DNA from: Heteronotia binoei
Taxonomy: Eukaryota
NCBI RefSeq assembly: GCF_032191835.1
Contig: NC_083233.1
Coordinates: 53,506,001 to 53,570,000, forward strand
Direction: 5' to 3'
DNA: 64,000 nt
The translations under genes and the position numbers were made by a program. The notes below the pieces were generated by a model, which did not search any database, was not told where the DNA came from, and saw only the letters and a program-made list of their open reading frames with translations. Positions 36,001 through 45,984 of this stretch are shown here, in pieces (the first letter of the stretch is position 1; every line of letters begins with the position of its first letter).

Positions 36001-39000
36001 CCTCTCCTAAGCACATAAAAAGACACCCCACTGCACATGTCCCAATCTCCTCACCTGCACTGCCAGGGGGCTGCTGTAGATGTTCCCAAAAGTCCCATCG
36101 GGAGTCTGAGCCTGGAGGATCTTCTTCTTCACTCTTTGGACTGCCTGGCTGAGCTCTGCCACTAGCTCAGGTGTATAGAAGGTGGCTCTTTCCAAGCAGA
36201 CAAAGGCTAAACCGGCCATCGCTTCTGTGTCTGGGTAAAGAGGAACAAGGCAATGGATGGTGGGGGGAAATCTGGGGGGATGCTTCTAGCCTGGTGTGGA
36301 GATTTTTGCCTTTGCTACAGTTTTAAGGATCATCACATGCTAATGGTCTTGCCAAATTTAGGGGGAGTGAGTCTTGGCTAGAAGACTGTCAGCAGATCTA
36401 ATTAACTTACAAAAAGTTAGAGGGGATGGAGGCATAAACTGCAAAGGCCACATTGGAAGCAGCCTCCACAACAGATCCCAGCTTTAGAAAGGTGGTTTAA
36501 TCCAGGAGGGAATTGACTGGCTCAAAAGCAGGAGAAGAAAATCAGTTTCCAGAATGGCATCCCAAGCAGCCCAAGGATGGTGGACACAGAACCAACAGAG
36601 AGTTTTCATCAGGTACTGAAACAGGCACTCACTAACTCCCTTGTGGTGAATGAGAATCCTCTCATTCCTCAGGTGAGCAGCTAAAGAAGTGATACAGGCA
36701 TAGGCTGTCTCTTTAACTGAGCAGGATAATTCCCAGTGAGCCACAAACATCTGGAGGGATGACCTGGATTCCTCTTTACAAAGAGAACCAGGGCATTTTC
36801 TTTCTCGCATGGAAAGTGATCCAGGCATGGCCCATTCCTGAGTCACCCTTCTCATGAGGATGAAAAGGCAGTGGCCACTGCATCTCCATGAAACAGGTAA
36901 CCCAGGCACAGCTAAAACAACAGCCACTGTGCACTCAACTGGGCCAGCCTCCCTTCAAAGGAAAGAGAGGCAGCAGCCTTCCTCAAAAGGAGGGCAGTCC
37001 AGATTCTGGGCACAGTGGCAGCTGCTACACTTGCACTTGGGCCACCATCTTTGCCAGGCAGAGGGTGCAAAGGGCAAAATGGCTGTCTCATCTCAACAGC
37101 TGCCATCTCAGCAGCCCAGTGACCCAGCAGAATTTGATAGTCAGGGTAGAAGGATTATCATATGACATGGATGGGAAATGATAGGCTTCCAGTTTGCCCC
37201 TGACTGGATGAGAACAGATCACCTTTCCACCAAGCTGCTTAAGTTTCACACATTACATACATACAAATACATGGGGCTAATAAAAATCACTGCAGACTAG
37301 CAACTTTTGTGGACTTATTTGCAAGGCTGGCTCTTACCCACAAACAGCTGGCTTCCATGCTCAAATCTGCCCTGCTTCTCTGCAGCCAAGAGCTTATTGA
37401 TCACATGCACATCGACCTTCTTGTTGTGGACACACAAAGCCAAAACCCCCAATCCGTACTGGTAGTAGTTAGTGAGAGGCCGACCATTCTTCTCATGAGC
37501 TACTGTAGAAGCAAAGAGACCAAGACTTAAGCCCTTCCTTTTCTGCCATTCCACCCAGAACCTCTCCTCATAAATGGATCTACCACAGCCATTATCCAAC
37601 ACCAATATTGGAAGACCACATAATTTATACAGTAAATGAATGGCTTTGTGGCCAAGCACCCGCCTTGCACACAGACACTCCCATGTTCAGTCCCTAGTTA
37701 AACACTAGTTAAAAGCTCTCAGGGAGCAAATATTGAGAACTTTTCTCCTCATGCAGCTCCTTTTAAACTTTCCCCTGTGTGTGTGCGCGTATGTGTGTGA
37801 TAGGAGAAGGGTGCCCTCCCCACAAGAATTACCGTTGCCAGCCCAGGATCCTGATCTTACCTATAGATGCCTTTTCTTTATGCAGGTGTAACTTAAGCTG
37901 GGTTACTAGCTGCCTCTCCGAGGGTGTCTCCATGTTCTGGCAGGCAGCCCGCAGTGCTAAGAGGTAGAGGGCCAGCTGGCCCGTATTGGGCTGCTCCTGG
38001 CCACTGGCTGGAGTTGGAATGCTGGACCAAGTGAGACAAACCACCAAATGGTTAGCCTTTTCAGGGCACAATTCACCAGCTTTATGTTTAGCAATTTACG
38101 AACATCTATTTCAAGTATTTTTAACAAAGACTTTATGCATTCTTGTCTCTCTGCTTCCTCTCTTCCATATCTCCCCGAGGGTTCTCAGCTTTTAAACTGG
38201 TCCCTCTAGCTGTCCTTTCAAGATTAGTCTGATATGCAGCAAATAGCAGAAGATGTTTACTTCCATGGCATGAAAAGCTTCAAGTGTTCATTTGCACACA
38301 CTGAAAGTCTCTATTAAAGGTACAGGACATTTTTTTTCTACTGTCCAGTTAGCAAAGCTAGTCTAATATGTTGTTGAGTATCGGACTCTGCACCCGCGCC
38401 GCGCAAGCCGGGACGTCCTCGGGTTACCTGGCGCAGCGCGGGAAAAGTCACCGCCAATCAAGACCAAGCGCGGGAAGTTTAACTGGCCAGGATTGGGCTG
38501 GCCAGCAGGGGGGTTGATCCGGGGTGCATGTATATATTAGCGGACCCGGCCGCGTGTTTCCCAGTTCTGTAATGTATCAGCGATTAAAGACCAATGCCTT
38601 TACCACGTCTCGTCTCCCAGTACATTACACTGGCGACGAGGATGGGATCTAGATAGGTCCGGCCGGAGACGAGGAAGGCGAGAGACCGCAGGATCGGGCA
38701 GCCCGCCGCCACCATGGCGAACTCGAGCGTAACGACGGGCCATCTTGCGGAATTCAACCCGGAGCACCCCGAGAGATGGGAGACCTACACCGAAAGGGTC
38801 GAGTGCTACCTGCGGGCGAACCTGATCGACGATGACGAGAGAAAGAGAGACGTCCTGCTGAGCGTCTGTGGCGAAGAGACCTTCGAGATCGCACGAGGTC
38901 TCTCCGCTCCAGCTAAGCTGACGGAGAGGACCTACCGGGAAGTCGTGAGGCTCCTCACGGGCCACTTTTCACCCCAACCGTCCATCGTCGCCCGCCGATT

Positions 39001-42000
39001 CCTCTTCCACAAGAGGGACCAAAAGTCGGGGGAGACAGCGGCGGTCTACCTGGCGGCCCTTCGGCAGATCGCCGGAAATTGCAACTTTGACAAAAGGGAC
39101 GAAGCCCTGCGGGACCGTTTCGTCTGGGGCCTCCGCGACGAGCGATTGCAGCAGAAGCTCTTCGCGAAGGAGGAGCTAACGCTACAACAAGCCTTCAACG
39201 AGGCAACGGCCTTCGAGAGGGCCACCAAGGCGTTCGGCCAGCCACGAGGTGAAGCAGTCCACCAAGGGGAAACGGAGCCAGAAGACCGAACAGAGGAAGA
39301 AGCGTTTCAACTCCGGCGGCCCCAAAGAACGGACACAAGGGCCCCCACTAGACAGCGAGCGACGGAGAGGGCCACCGCCACCACCGGTCCCAGATGCGCC
39401 AGCTGCGGCGACCCCCACGAGCGCCGGGACTGCCCGTACCGCAACCTGGACTGCCGCAGCTGCGGAAAGACGGGCCACATCGCTCGGGCTTGCCGGGCCA
39501 AGAACAGCCGCCGACAACCATCAGCGCATCACGACTCCCTGGACACCCACACGACGGCATCCACCACTCTGCAGGTATTGAACTTGCCCCTATCGGCCCC
39601 AGACAAGGTCAAAATGTCGGTCCTAATCGAGGGCGCCCCCTGCACCATGGAAGTGGACTCGGGTTCCTCCATCTCCATCATTTCGGAGGAAACCCTCAAG
39701 AAACTATGCCCCCACCGCCGCCTTCAAACGAGGCCAGCGGACTTCGTACTGAGGGACTTTCAGAAGAACCCAGTACACATCGTGGGGTGGGCCCGGGTGC
39801 ATGTGGAAAGAAGGGGTTTCAGAGGGCCCCTGGACATCCTAGTGGTCAAGCGCCAACTGACCACACTTCTAGGGTTGGCTTGGTTCAATCCCCTGGGGAT
39901 CCAGCTGGTGGGGGTGGACCACTTGCAGGCAAGCAATTTCGACGGGGTCTGCCATGAGTTCCCCGAGGTCTTTGATGGGTCTTTGGGGAGCTATAAGGGT
40001 CCGCCCATCACCCTACCGATTGACCCAATGGTCAGGCCCATAAGGCTTAAAGCGAGGCGCGTCCCGTTCGCCCTTAAGCCTAAAATAGAGGCAGAACTGG
40101 ACCGCCTAACGGCCCAGGGCGTCCTAGAACCGGTAACATACGCGGAATGGGAAACCCCCATAGTAACGCCCGTCAAACCCAATGGGGAGGTGAGGATCTG
40201 CGCTGACTACAAGTGCACGATCAATAAGGCGCTACAAGACAACCCCTACCCAGTCCCGGTGGTCAGCCACGTCCTAGCAGCGCTAGCCGGGGCGAAGGTT
40301 TTTGGGAAGCTGGACTTAGCACAAGCATACCAGCAACTGCCGGTCGACGCTAAGACAGCGGAGGCGCAGACGATCGTGACCCACAGGGGCGCGTTCAGGG
40401 TTAAACGGCTGCAGTTCGGGGTCAGTGTGGCTCCGGGGATATTCCAGAGCATAATGGACGCTCTCCTTAAAGGGATCCCCGGAGTTCAACCCTTCTTTGA
40501 CGACGTTTTAATCGCCGCCCCCAATGAAGGAGAGTTCTGCTGCCGCCTGCGCGAGGTCCTCAGGCGGTTCCAAGCGGCGGGGCTGAGAGTCAAAAAGGAG
40601 AAATGTTTGTTAGGGGTCCCGCGAGTGGAGTTCCTGGGGTTCGCCGTGGACGCGGCGGGGATACACCCGACGGCGGACAAGACCAGGGCCATAGTCCAGG
40701 CTCCGGCGCCCAAATGCAAGGCAGAACTACAGAGTTTTTTAGGATTGTTGAACTTTTATCACACGTTCCTACCGCACAAAGCCGCCGTAGCGGAACCGTT
40801 GCACCGTTTGCTGGATAAACAGGCCCCGTGGGTCTGGGGCCAACGCCAAGCCGCGGCGTTCCAAGCGGTGAAGGACCTCTTGGTCTCTAACGCGGTACTT
40901 CACCACTACGACGAAAACCTACCCCTGATCCTAGCTTGCGACGCCTCCCCCTACGGAGTAGGAGCGGTTTTGGGGCACCAACTCCCGGACGGGAGGGAAG
41001 TGCCAGTCGCGTACTATTCACGGACTCTATCTCCAGCGGAGCGGAACTACGCTCAAATTGACAAGGAGGCCTTGGCGATCGTGGCGGGGGTGCACAAGTT
41101 CAACGACTACCTCTACGGTAGGCGTTTCACCATCGCCACGGACCACAAGCCGCTCCTGGGCCTCCTAGCTCCAGACCGTCAGACCCCCCAAATCCTATCC
41201 CAGAGGGTCCTGAGGTGGAACCAGTTCCTGAACTCCTACACGTATGAACTGATCCACCGCCCGGGTAAAGCCATGGGACACGCCGATGCCCTCAGCCGCC
41301 TGCCGCTCCCCATGACAGAACCGGATCCCGCCCCGGCACATGGGGTAATGCTCATTGAATCGCTCCCCGAGCGCCCCCTGCACGCGGCGGAGGTGGCTCG
41401 GGCAACAGGGAGGGACCGCATCCTGGCACGGGTCAGGGACTGGGTGGGGAGGGGGTGGCCATCAGGCAAAGTCGAAGACGCGTTCAGGCCATTCGCGTCC
41501 AGGAAGGACGAGCTATCAACCCACAAGGGGTGTGTGCTTTGGGGCAGTCGGGTGGTGGTTCCCCCCCCCTTGCGCAAGCAGGTGCTGGAAGACCTCCACG
41601 AGACCCACCCGGGCATCGTGAGGATGAAAGCCCTGGCCCGTAGTTATGTGTGGTGGCCGGGCATGGATGAGGAGATAGAGGGGTGGGTGAGGAGGTGCCA
41701 ACCCTGCCAAGAATCCCGGCCCGATCCCCCATCAGCCCCGGTCCACAGATGGGAGTCTAACAGGCGACCATGGTCCCGCCTCCACTTAGATTTTGCAGGC
41801 CCGTATCAGGGCCAAATCTTTTTTATACTTGTGGATGCCTACACAAAATGGCTGGAGGTGATTCCAGTAGCCTCAACCTCCACAGCAGCAGCCGTCCGGG
41901 CACTCAGGAGGGTCCTATGCACGCACGGGATCCCAGACACCCTGGTGACGGATAACGGTACTGCATTCACCTCCCGGGAATTCCGGGAGTTCACGGAGAG

Positions 42001-45000
42001 GTACCTCATACGACACATAAGATCCGCACCCTTCCATCCGGCCACCAACGGCCAGGCAGAGCGGATGGTGCGGACCGCCAAGGAAGCACTGGGGAGAATA
42101 GTACAAGGGGATTGGGACCACCGCCTCTCAGCCTTCCTGTTCCACAACAGGATCACCCCAAACCCTATAACGGGATCCAGCCCCGCAGAACTGCTTATGG
42201 GGAGGAAACTGACAACACGCCTAGACAGGCTGCACCCCGACCGGGCCCCCGAGGTCCGCGGGTCCCCAGAGGTCCGGGAGGCGGTGCGGGGGTTCTTTCC
42301 GGGTGACCCGGTATACGCGAAGAACTTCGCAAGCGGTCCCGAGTGGGTCGCGGGGAGAGTCCTTAGGGTGACAGGTTCCAGGTCATACGAGGTGACCACC
42401 GAGGGGGGCCAGGTACTAAGGCGGCACATAGATCAGCTGCGCCGCCGCACCCTACCCGAAGAAACAGAGGAGGTAGGGAATAGGGATCCGCGGGCAACCG
42501 AAGGTCCGGAAGGGCGCTCGCCAATACAGGAACTACCCACTTATGACGCCCCCAGAGACACCGAACCAGAGCCGGAGCCTGAAACAGACCCCAACATCCC
42601 GCAGCCAGAAGCAGCATCGCCCACAACGGAACCAGCCTCCGCACCAAGAGCGACCCCGAGGAGATCGACACGGGAACGGAGAGCACCGGCGTACCTCCGG
42701 GACTATGTGGTTTAAACTAAGGGGGGAGGAGTGTTGAGTATCGGACTCTGCACCCGCGCCGCGCAAGCCGGGACGTCCTCGGGTTACCTGGCGCAGCGCG
42801 GGAAAAGTCACCGCCAATCAAGACCAAGCGCGGGAAGTTTAACTGGCCAGGATTGGGCTGGCCAGCAGGGGGGTTGATCCGGGGTGCATGTATATATTAG
42901 CGGACCCGGCCGCGTGTTTCCCAGTTCTGTAATGTATCAGCGATTAAAGACCAATGCCTTTACCACGTCTCGTCTCCCAGTACATTACATATGTAGACTG
43001 CAAACTCTCTGGGGCAGGATTTGGCTTATTTATTTTTATCTTTTATACCCTGTTTTTTCTCTGCAGTGGGAAACCAAAACAGCTTACAACATTGTTCTTC
43101 CTTCTCCATTTTATCCTAACACCACCCCCCTTGTGAAGTAGGTAAGGCTGAGGAGGACAACCAGCCTGAGGTAACCCATCAAGCTTCTATGGCAAAGTGG
43201 ATAGCTTAACTGGGGTTTTCCAGACCCTAGTACAGAACCATTATTCCACACTGGTGCGGTGGGAAAAAAGTTAAATGTTTTCCTATTGTCATTGCTTTTC
43301 TCTTTATCTATATAACAACATAAAACAGGTAAATATTGAAATCTTGATTCCAAGGGATATAGCCAATTTTATAATTGATCAATAGTCAATAAATAAAACT
43401 GGAAGTCATCAGGGCCGGATTAACAATTAGGCTAAGTAGACACTGGCCTAGGGGTCCCTATGCCTTTAGGGGCCCCAGGCCAGCTTTCCCCCACGTTTTC
43501 CTCCCTGCTTGCAGCCCTTGGAGCCTGCACACAAAGTCAGCAACTGAGCCACTCTTTGCCCAACTTGCCTGGTGCGGCGGCTGCTGGTGTTTTAGCCAAG
43601 TTTGCCTTTTTCTGCCTCTCCCCTGCAGTGTTGTCAAAGGGACTCATGCAAGGGGCCATGGGGGGTGAGGCAGGTGCTCCAACTTGGGGATAGGGGCCTC
43701 CACAAGGTTTATTCCGGCACTGGAAGCCATGCAGCAAATTTCAGTTCACCTCTGCTTCGATGTATCTTTTCTTCCATGCCTCAAAACTCTCTAGAGATTT
43801 TGTTTCTCTCCCCCTTTAATTGCCACCCTTGACCCTCCATTGAATCAGACAGCTGTGCTTTCGCTTGATTAGAATTTTGATGCTGATGGACATGCCTGGT
43901 GAAACTGGGCTGGAAGACATCCTTCAGTCGCTGGAGGTACTGGTTTTCTCTCTCTTGAATGTGGTAATCAGAAAGACGAAGGCCCAAATACACGCTGGGG
44001 TTTGGCTCTTTGGACGCATCCTCTGTTAGTTTCAGTAGCCCCTTGTTCAAAGACTTGATGTGATGAGTCCTGCCACTGGGGATTTCTTGCACAGGAAGAG
44101 AACACACAATGTGTGAGGCAGGTACAATAACCTCACAACAGTTATAGTCCGATCCCTAGATCTCAGAGCTTTTGGAGATCATTAGCTCTCCTTTGTGGAG
44201 CAAGAAAATTGAGATACAAGCAGCAACAGCTGGAGTGGTTAGACTCAACAGGTCTCATGGTTACCTGCTCCTCTTTGCTTGAGAGTAACCATCATACAGT
44301 AAAAATGTCTTCCATGTCAAAGGTTGTGTTAAGAATCAGCAACACTTGGGGGGGGGGGGGGGACTAACAATCTGTCCTTTGGCTGCATAACAGAAAAAAG
44401 CTCCTAGAATCATAGAGTTGGAAGGGACCTCCAGGGTCATCTAGTCCAACCCCCTGCACAATGCAGGAAACTCACAAATACCTCCCCCTAAATTCACAGG
44501 ATCTTCATCACTGTCAGATGGCCATATAGCCTCTTTTTAAAAATCTCCAAGGAAGGAGAGCCTACCACCTCCCGAGGAAGCCTGTTCCACTGAGGAATCG
44601 CTCTAACAGTCAGGAAGTTCTTCCTAATGTTGACCCGGAAACTCTTTTGATTTAATTTCAACCCACTGGTTCTGATTATACCTTCTGGGGCCACAGAAAA
44701 CAATTCCACACCATCCTCTATATGACAGCCCTTCAAGTACTTGAAGATGGTGATCATATCACAGTCGCCTCCTCTCCAGGCTAAACATCCCCAGGATAGA
44801 GGATAGCAACAGGCTCTTCCCAAGGTGGGAGCAGGGGAATATTATAACGGGAATGTCAGAGAATCACACAGTGCAGTCCCAAGCAGAGTTACGCCTTTCT
44901 AAGCCCATCATCTTCAATAGAAATAGAAGGGTGTAACTCTGCTTAGGACTGCATTGACACGGCTGCAAGAAACCTAGCATATCTCCCTGTTTTTTCAGGT

Positions 45001-45296
45001 TTACACTGTGGTGGGGCAAATCATGGGTTTGCCCTGCGAAAAATGCCGGCATGGAGCAACTGGTGTGAAATCGCCGGTTTGCTCCACCTAGAAATGGAAG
45101 CCTGCCCCGGAGAAATGTGAGTGCGGAATCAGACCTATTTTAGTTTTTCATGAGCCTATTAATTATGCACCATGGGGATATTTTCCAAGCTAAGTAGCCC
45201 TCAAAAGATAAGAAAGGAAGAGGACTTACCACACAGCTGGATGGTGGCAAACAGGCTATGGAGGAGGAAGACGGACAGCCATCTGGGACAATCCAT
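29975..45296 (-). CDS. TCN2: Transcobalamin-2, join(45296..45230, 44085..43896, 38021..37861, 37502..37338, 36230..36055, 35432..35252, 32911..32719, 31468..31347, 30036..29975), 438 aa (437 with the alternative exon 4 acceptor)
   Basis: All nine exons join in frame with phases 1,2,1,1,0,1,2,1. Hallmark motifs: signal peptide, NPSVYLGLRLS, GQLALYLLALRA, YYQYGLGVLALC, VDTEAMAGLAFVC, GNIYSSPLAVQ, SQLLPVL, LSGPMLTSV, YWK, GIADY..W*. Six structural Cys retained. Confidence 0.95.
31347..31468 (-). CDS. TCN2: TCN2 exon 8 (122 nt; absent from ORF track)
   Basis: FETQETLSGPMLTSVMGVKPRQGERKYWKIIQFPHTTVEQ; CAG acceptor, G|GTGAGC donor. Confidence 0.92.
32719..32911 (-). CDS. TCN2: TCN2 exon 7 (193 nt)
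   Basis: DNLVLG..ITIHLTV..VIRVPAGSSLLDVLKAAEK..PF; CAG acceptor, TC|GTGAGA donor. Confidence 0.9.
33293..33568 (-). mobile_element. Sauria-type SINE
   Basis: Reverse complement of the same family, more diverged. Confidence 0.78.
35252..35432 (-). CDS. TCN2: TCN2 exon 6 (181 nt)
   Basis: FLIAAGVRNKEPECPNG..FQNPLVGSQLLPVLHGKSYVDIARMECHTEE; TAG acceptor, G|GTACGG donor. Confidence 0.92.
36055..36230 (-). CDS. TCN2: TCN2 exon 5 (176 nt)
   Basis: DTEAMAGLAFVCLER..AQTPDGTFGNIYSSPLAVQ; CAG acceptor, CAG|GTGAGG donor. Confidence 0.95.
37338..37502 (-). CDS. TCN2: TCN2 exon 4 (165 nt, or 162 nt from 37499)
   Basis: AHEKNGRPLTNYYQYGLGVLALCVHNKKV..SQLFV; tandem CAG-TAG acceptor, G|GTAAGA donor. Confidence 0.92.
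37861..38021 (-). CDS. TCN2: TCN2 exon 3 (161 nt)
   Basis: IPTPASGQEQPNTGQLALYLLALRAACQ..HKEKASI; CAG acceptor, G|GTAAGA donor. Confidence 0.92.
38372..38629 (+). repeat. 5' LTR (258 bp)
   Basis: TGTTGAG...CATTACA; TATA-like TATATATT and ATTAAA; identical to the 3' LTR by eye. Confidence 0.97.
38631..38648 (+). other. Primer-binding site complementary to the tRNA-Ser(GCU) 3' end
   Basis: TGGCGACGAGGATGGGAT is the reverse complement of ATCCCATCCTCGTCGCCA, the vertebrate tRNA-Ser(GCU) 3' end as I recall it; starts after a 1-nt spacer following the LTR. Confidence 0.85.
38714..42715 (+). CDS. Gag-Pol polyprotein, 1333 aa (capsid-like, 2 CCHC knuckles, aspartic protease, RT, RNase H, integrase)
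   Basis: CASCGDPHERRDC and CRSCGKTGHIARAC; VDSGSS (PR); RICADY, KLDLAQAYQQ, FFDD (RT); CDASPYG, TDHKPL (RH); H-x3-H..C-x2-C, LDFAG..TDNG..NGQAER (IN). Perfect Kozak GCCGCCACCATGG. Confidence 0.95.
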   Translation: MANSSVTTGHLAEFNPEHPERWETYTERVECYLRANLIDDDERKRDVLLSVCGEETFEIARGLSAPAKLTERTYREVVRLLTGHFSPQPSIVARRFLFHKRDQKSGETAAVYLAALRQIAGNCNFDKRDEALRDRFVWGLRDERLQQKLFAKEELTLQQAFNEATAFERATKAFGQPRGEAVHQGETEPEDRTEEEAFQLRRPQRTDTRAPTRQRATERATATTGPRCASCGDPHERRDCPYRNLDCRSCGKTGHIARACRAKNSRRQPSAHHDSLDTHTTASTTLQVLNLPLSAPDKVKMSVLIEGAPCTMEVDSGSSISIISEETLKKLCPHRRLQTRPADFVLRDFQKNPVHIVGWARVHVERRGFRGPLDILVVKRQLTTLLGLAWFNPLGIQLVGVDHLQASNFDGVCHEFPEVFDGSLGSYKGPPITLPIDPMVRPIRLKARRVPFALKPKIEAELDRLTAQGVLEPVTYAEWETPIVTPVKPNGEVRICADYKCTINKALQDNPYPVPVVSHVLAALAGAKVFGKLDLAQAYQQLPVDAKTAEAQTIVTHRGAFRVKRLQFGVSVAPGIFQSIMDALLKGIPGVQPFFDDVLIAAPNEGEFCCRLREVLRRFQAAGLRVKKEKCLLGVPRVEFLGFAVDAAGIHPTADKTRAIVQAPAPKCKAELQSFLGLLNFYHTFLPHKAAVAEPLHRLLDKQAPWVWGQRQAAAFQAVKDLLVSNAVLHHYDENLPLILACDASPYGVGAVLGHQLPDGREVPVAYYSRTLSPAERNYAQIDKEALAIVAGVHKFNDYLYGRRFTIATDHKPLLGLLAPDRQTPQILSQRVLRWNQFLNSYTYELIHRPGKAMGHADALSRLPLPMTEPDPAPAHGVMLIESLPERPLHAAEVARATGRDRILARVRDWVGRGWPSGKVEDAFRPFASRKDELSTHKGCVLWGSRVVVPPPLRKQVLEDLHETHPGIVRMKALARSYVWWPGMDEEIEGWVRRCQPCQESRPDPPSAPVHRWESNRRPWSRLHLDFAGPYQGQIFFILVDAYTKWLEVIPVASTSTAAAVRALRRVLCTHGIPDTLVTDNGTAFTSREFREFTERYLIRHIRSAPFHPATNGQAERMVRTAKEALGRIVQGDWDHRLSAFLFHNRITPNPITGSSPAELLMGRKLTTRLDRLHPDRAPEVRGSPEVREAVRGFFPGDPVYAKNFASGPEWVAGRVLRVTGSRSYEVTTEGGQVLRRHIDQLRRRTLPEETEEVGNRDPRATEGPEGRSPIQELPTYDAPRDTEPEPEPETDPNIPQPEAASPTTEPASAPRATPRRSTRERRAPAYLRDYVV
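42719..42731 (+). other. Polypurine tract
   Basis: AAGGGGGGAGGAG directly abutting the 3' LTR. Confidence 0.92.
42732..42989 (+). repeat. 3' LTR (258 bp)
   Basis: Follows the PPT; identical to the 5' LTR. Confidence 0.97.
43896..44085 (-). CDS. TCN2: TCN2 exon 2 (190 nt; GC donor)
   Basis: EIPSGRTHHIKSLNKGLL..PNPSVYLGLRLSDY..QPSFT. AAG acceptor; AG|GCATGT donor in the phase required by exon 3. Confidence 0.85.
44404..44795 (-). mobile_element. CR1 3'-end fragment (second subfamily)
   Basis: Minus-strand translation DMITIFKYLKGCHIEDG..WNRLPREVVGSPSLEIFKKRL; ends ..CTATGATTCTAG. A related remnant lies at ~4339-4650. Confidence 0.85.
45230..45296 (-). CDS. TCN2: TCN2 exon 1 (signal peptide MDCPRWLSVFLLHSLFATIQLC)
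   Basis: ATG, hydrophobic 22 aa, G|GTAAGT donor, phase 1 joining to E-I-P of exon 2. Confidence 0.85.
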
Positions 45297-45984
45297 GCTA
45301 GCAACAGGAAGAGACACAGCAAAATGCTTATCAGAAGGTCAGGTGGGAAGCCAGGGGGACCAGAATGAGCCACTCGGCCTCTGCTGCGCCACAAGTCAAG
45401 CCCCTAGAAGTCTGCTGATTAAAGTGAAGAAATGTCACGAGAACAGGATTTCCCCCAAGGATCAGAAGCTGAGTCTGCACAACAGGAAGGACTTTGGCTG
45501 GATGAGAAGGAAACAAAGTGCAGGAAGCCTGTTTTCCTGATGCTACACAGACTATCTGTTGTGTGCCCATCCAATTACACAGTAACTGATTTATTGCATT
45601 CATGCATATCAGAGGCTGGCAATTGTGACAGTTCATGGGCAAAAAAATGTTCTTTGCCCCCACCCCCATTCTTGTAAGGCTCCTGGGCTTTTAACAGCTG
45701 TGTGATTATAAATAATGCCCATCTCTTGCCTTGAAACCCCTATAGGGTCATCATAAGTCTGCTGGGACTTGACAGCACTTTCCAACACCAAATAATAAAA
45801 GAATAGTCCACCTTTAAGCACTGAAACTCAAGACCGATTACATAATGTTATGTCAGGGAAATCAACAGAACAACACCTCTGGTAAGTGAAGTAACAGGAT
45901 TAGGACTGCAGAAGTCTGAAAGCAAAGCATAAGTATTAGACATAATTTACAAACGCCAAAATTGGAATTACATAGGTAGATAAT

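Larger units (their letters stand above)
38372..42989 (+). mobile_element. Full-length Ty3/Gypsy (Mag-like) LTR retrotransposon in TCN2 intron 2, antisense to TCN2
   Basis: Identical 258-bp TG..CA LTRs, 5-bp TSD TATGT (38367-38371 / 42990-42994), PBS, PPT, single gag-pol ORF with PR-RT-RH-IN order. Confidence 0.97.

Noticed and set aside
39046-42817. Many alternative-frame and antisense ORFs in the Gypsy element
   Set aside because: By-products of a GC-rich coding sequence; no env, chromodomain or other motif recognised.
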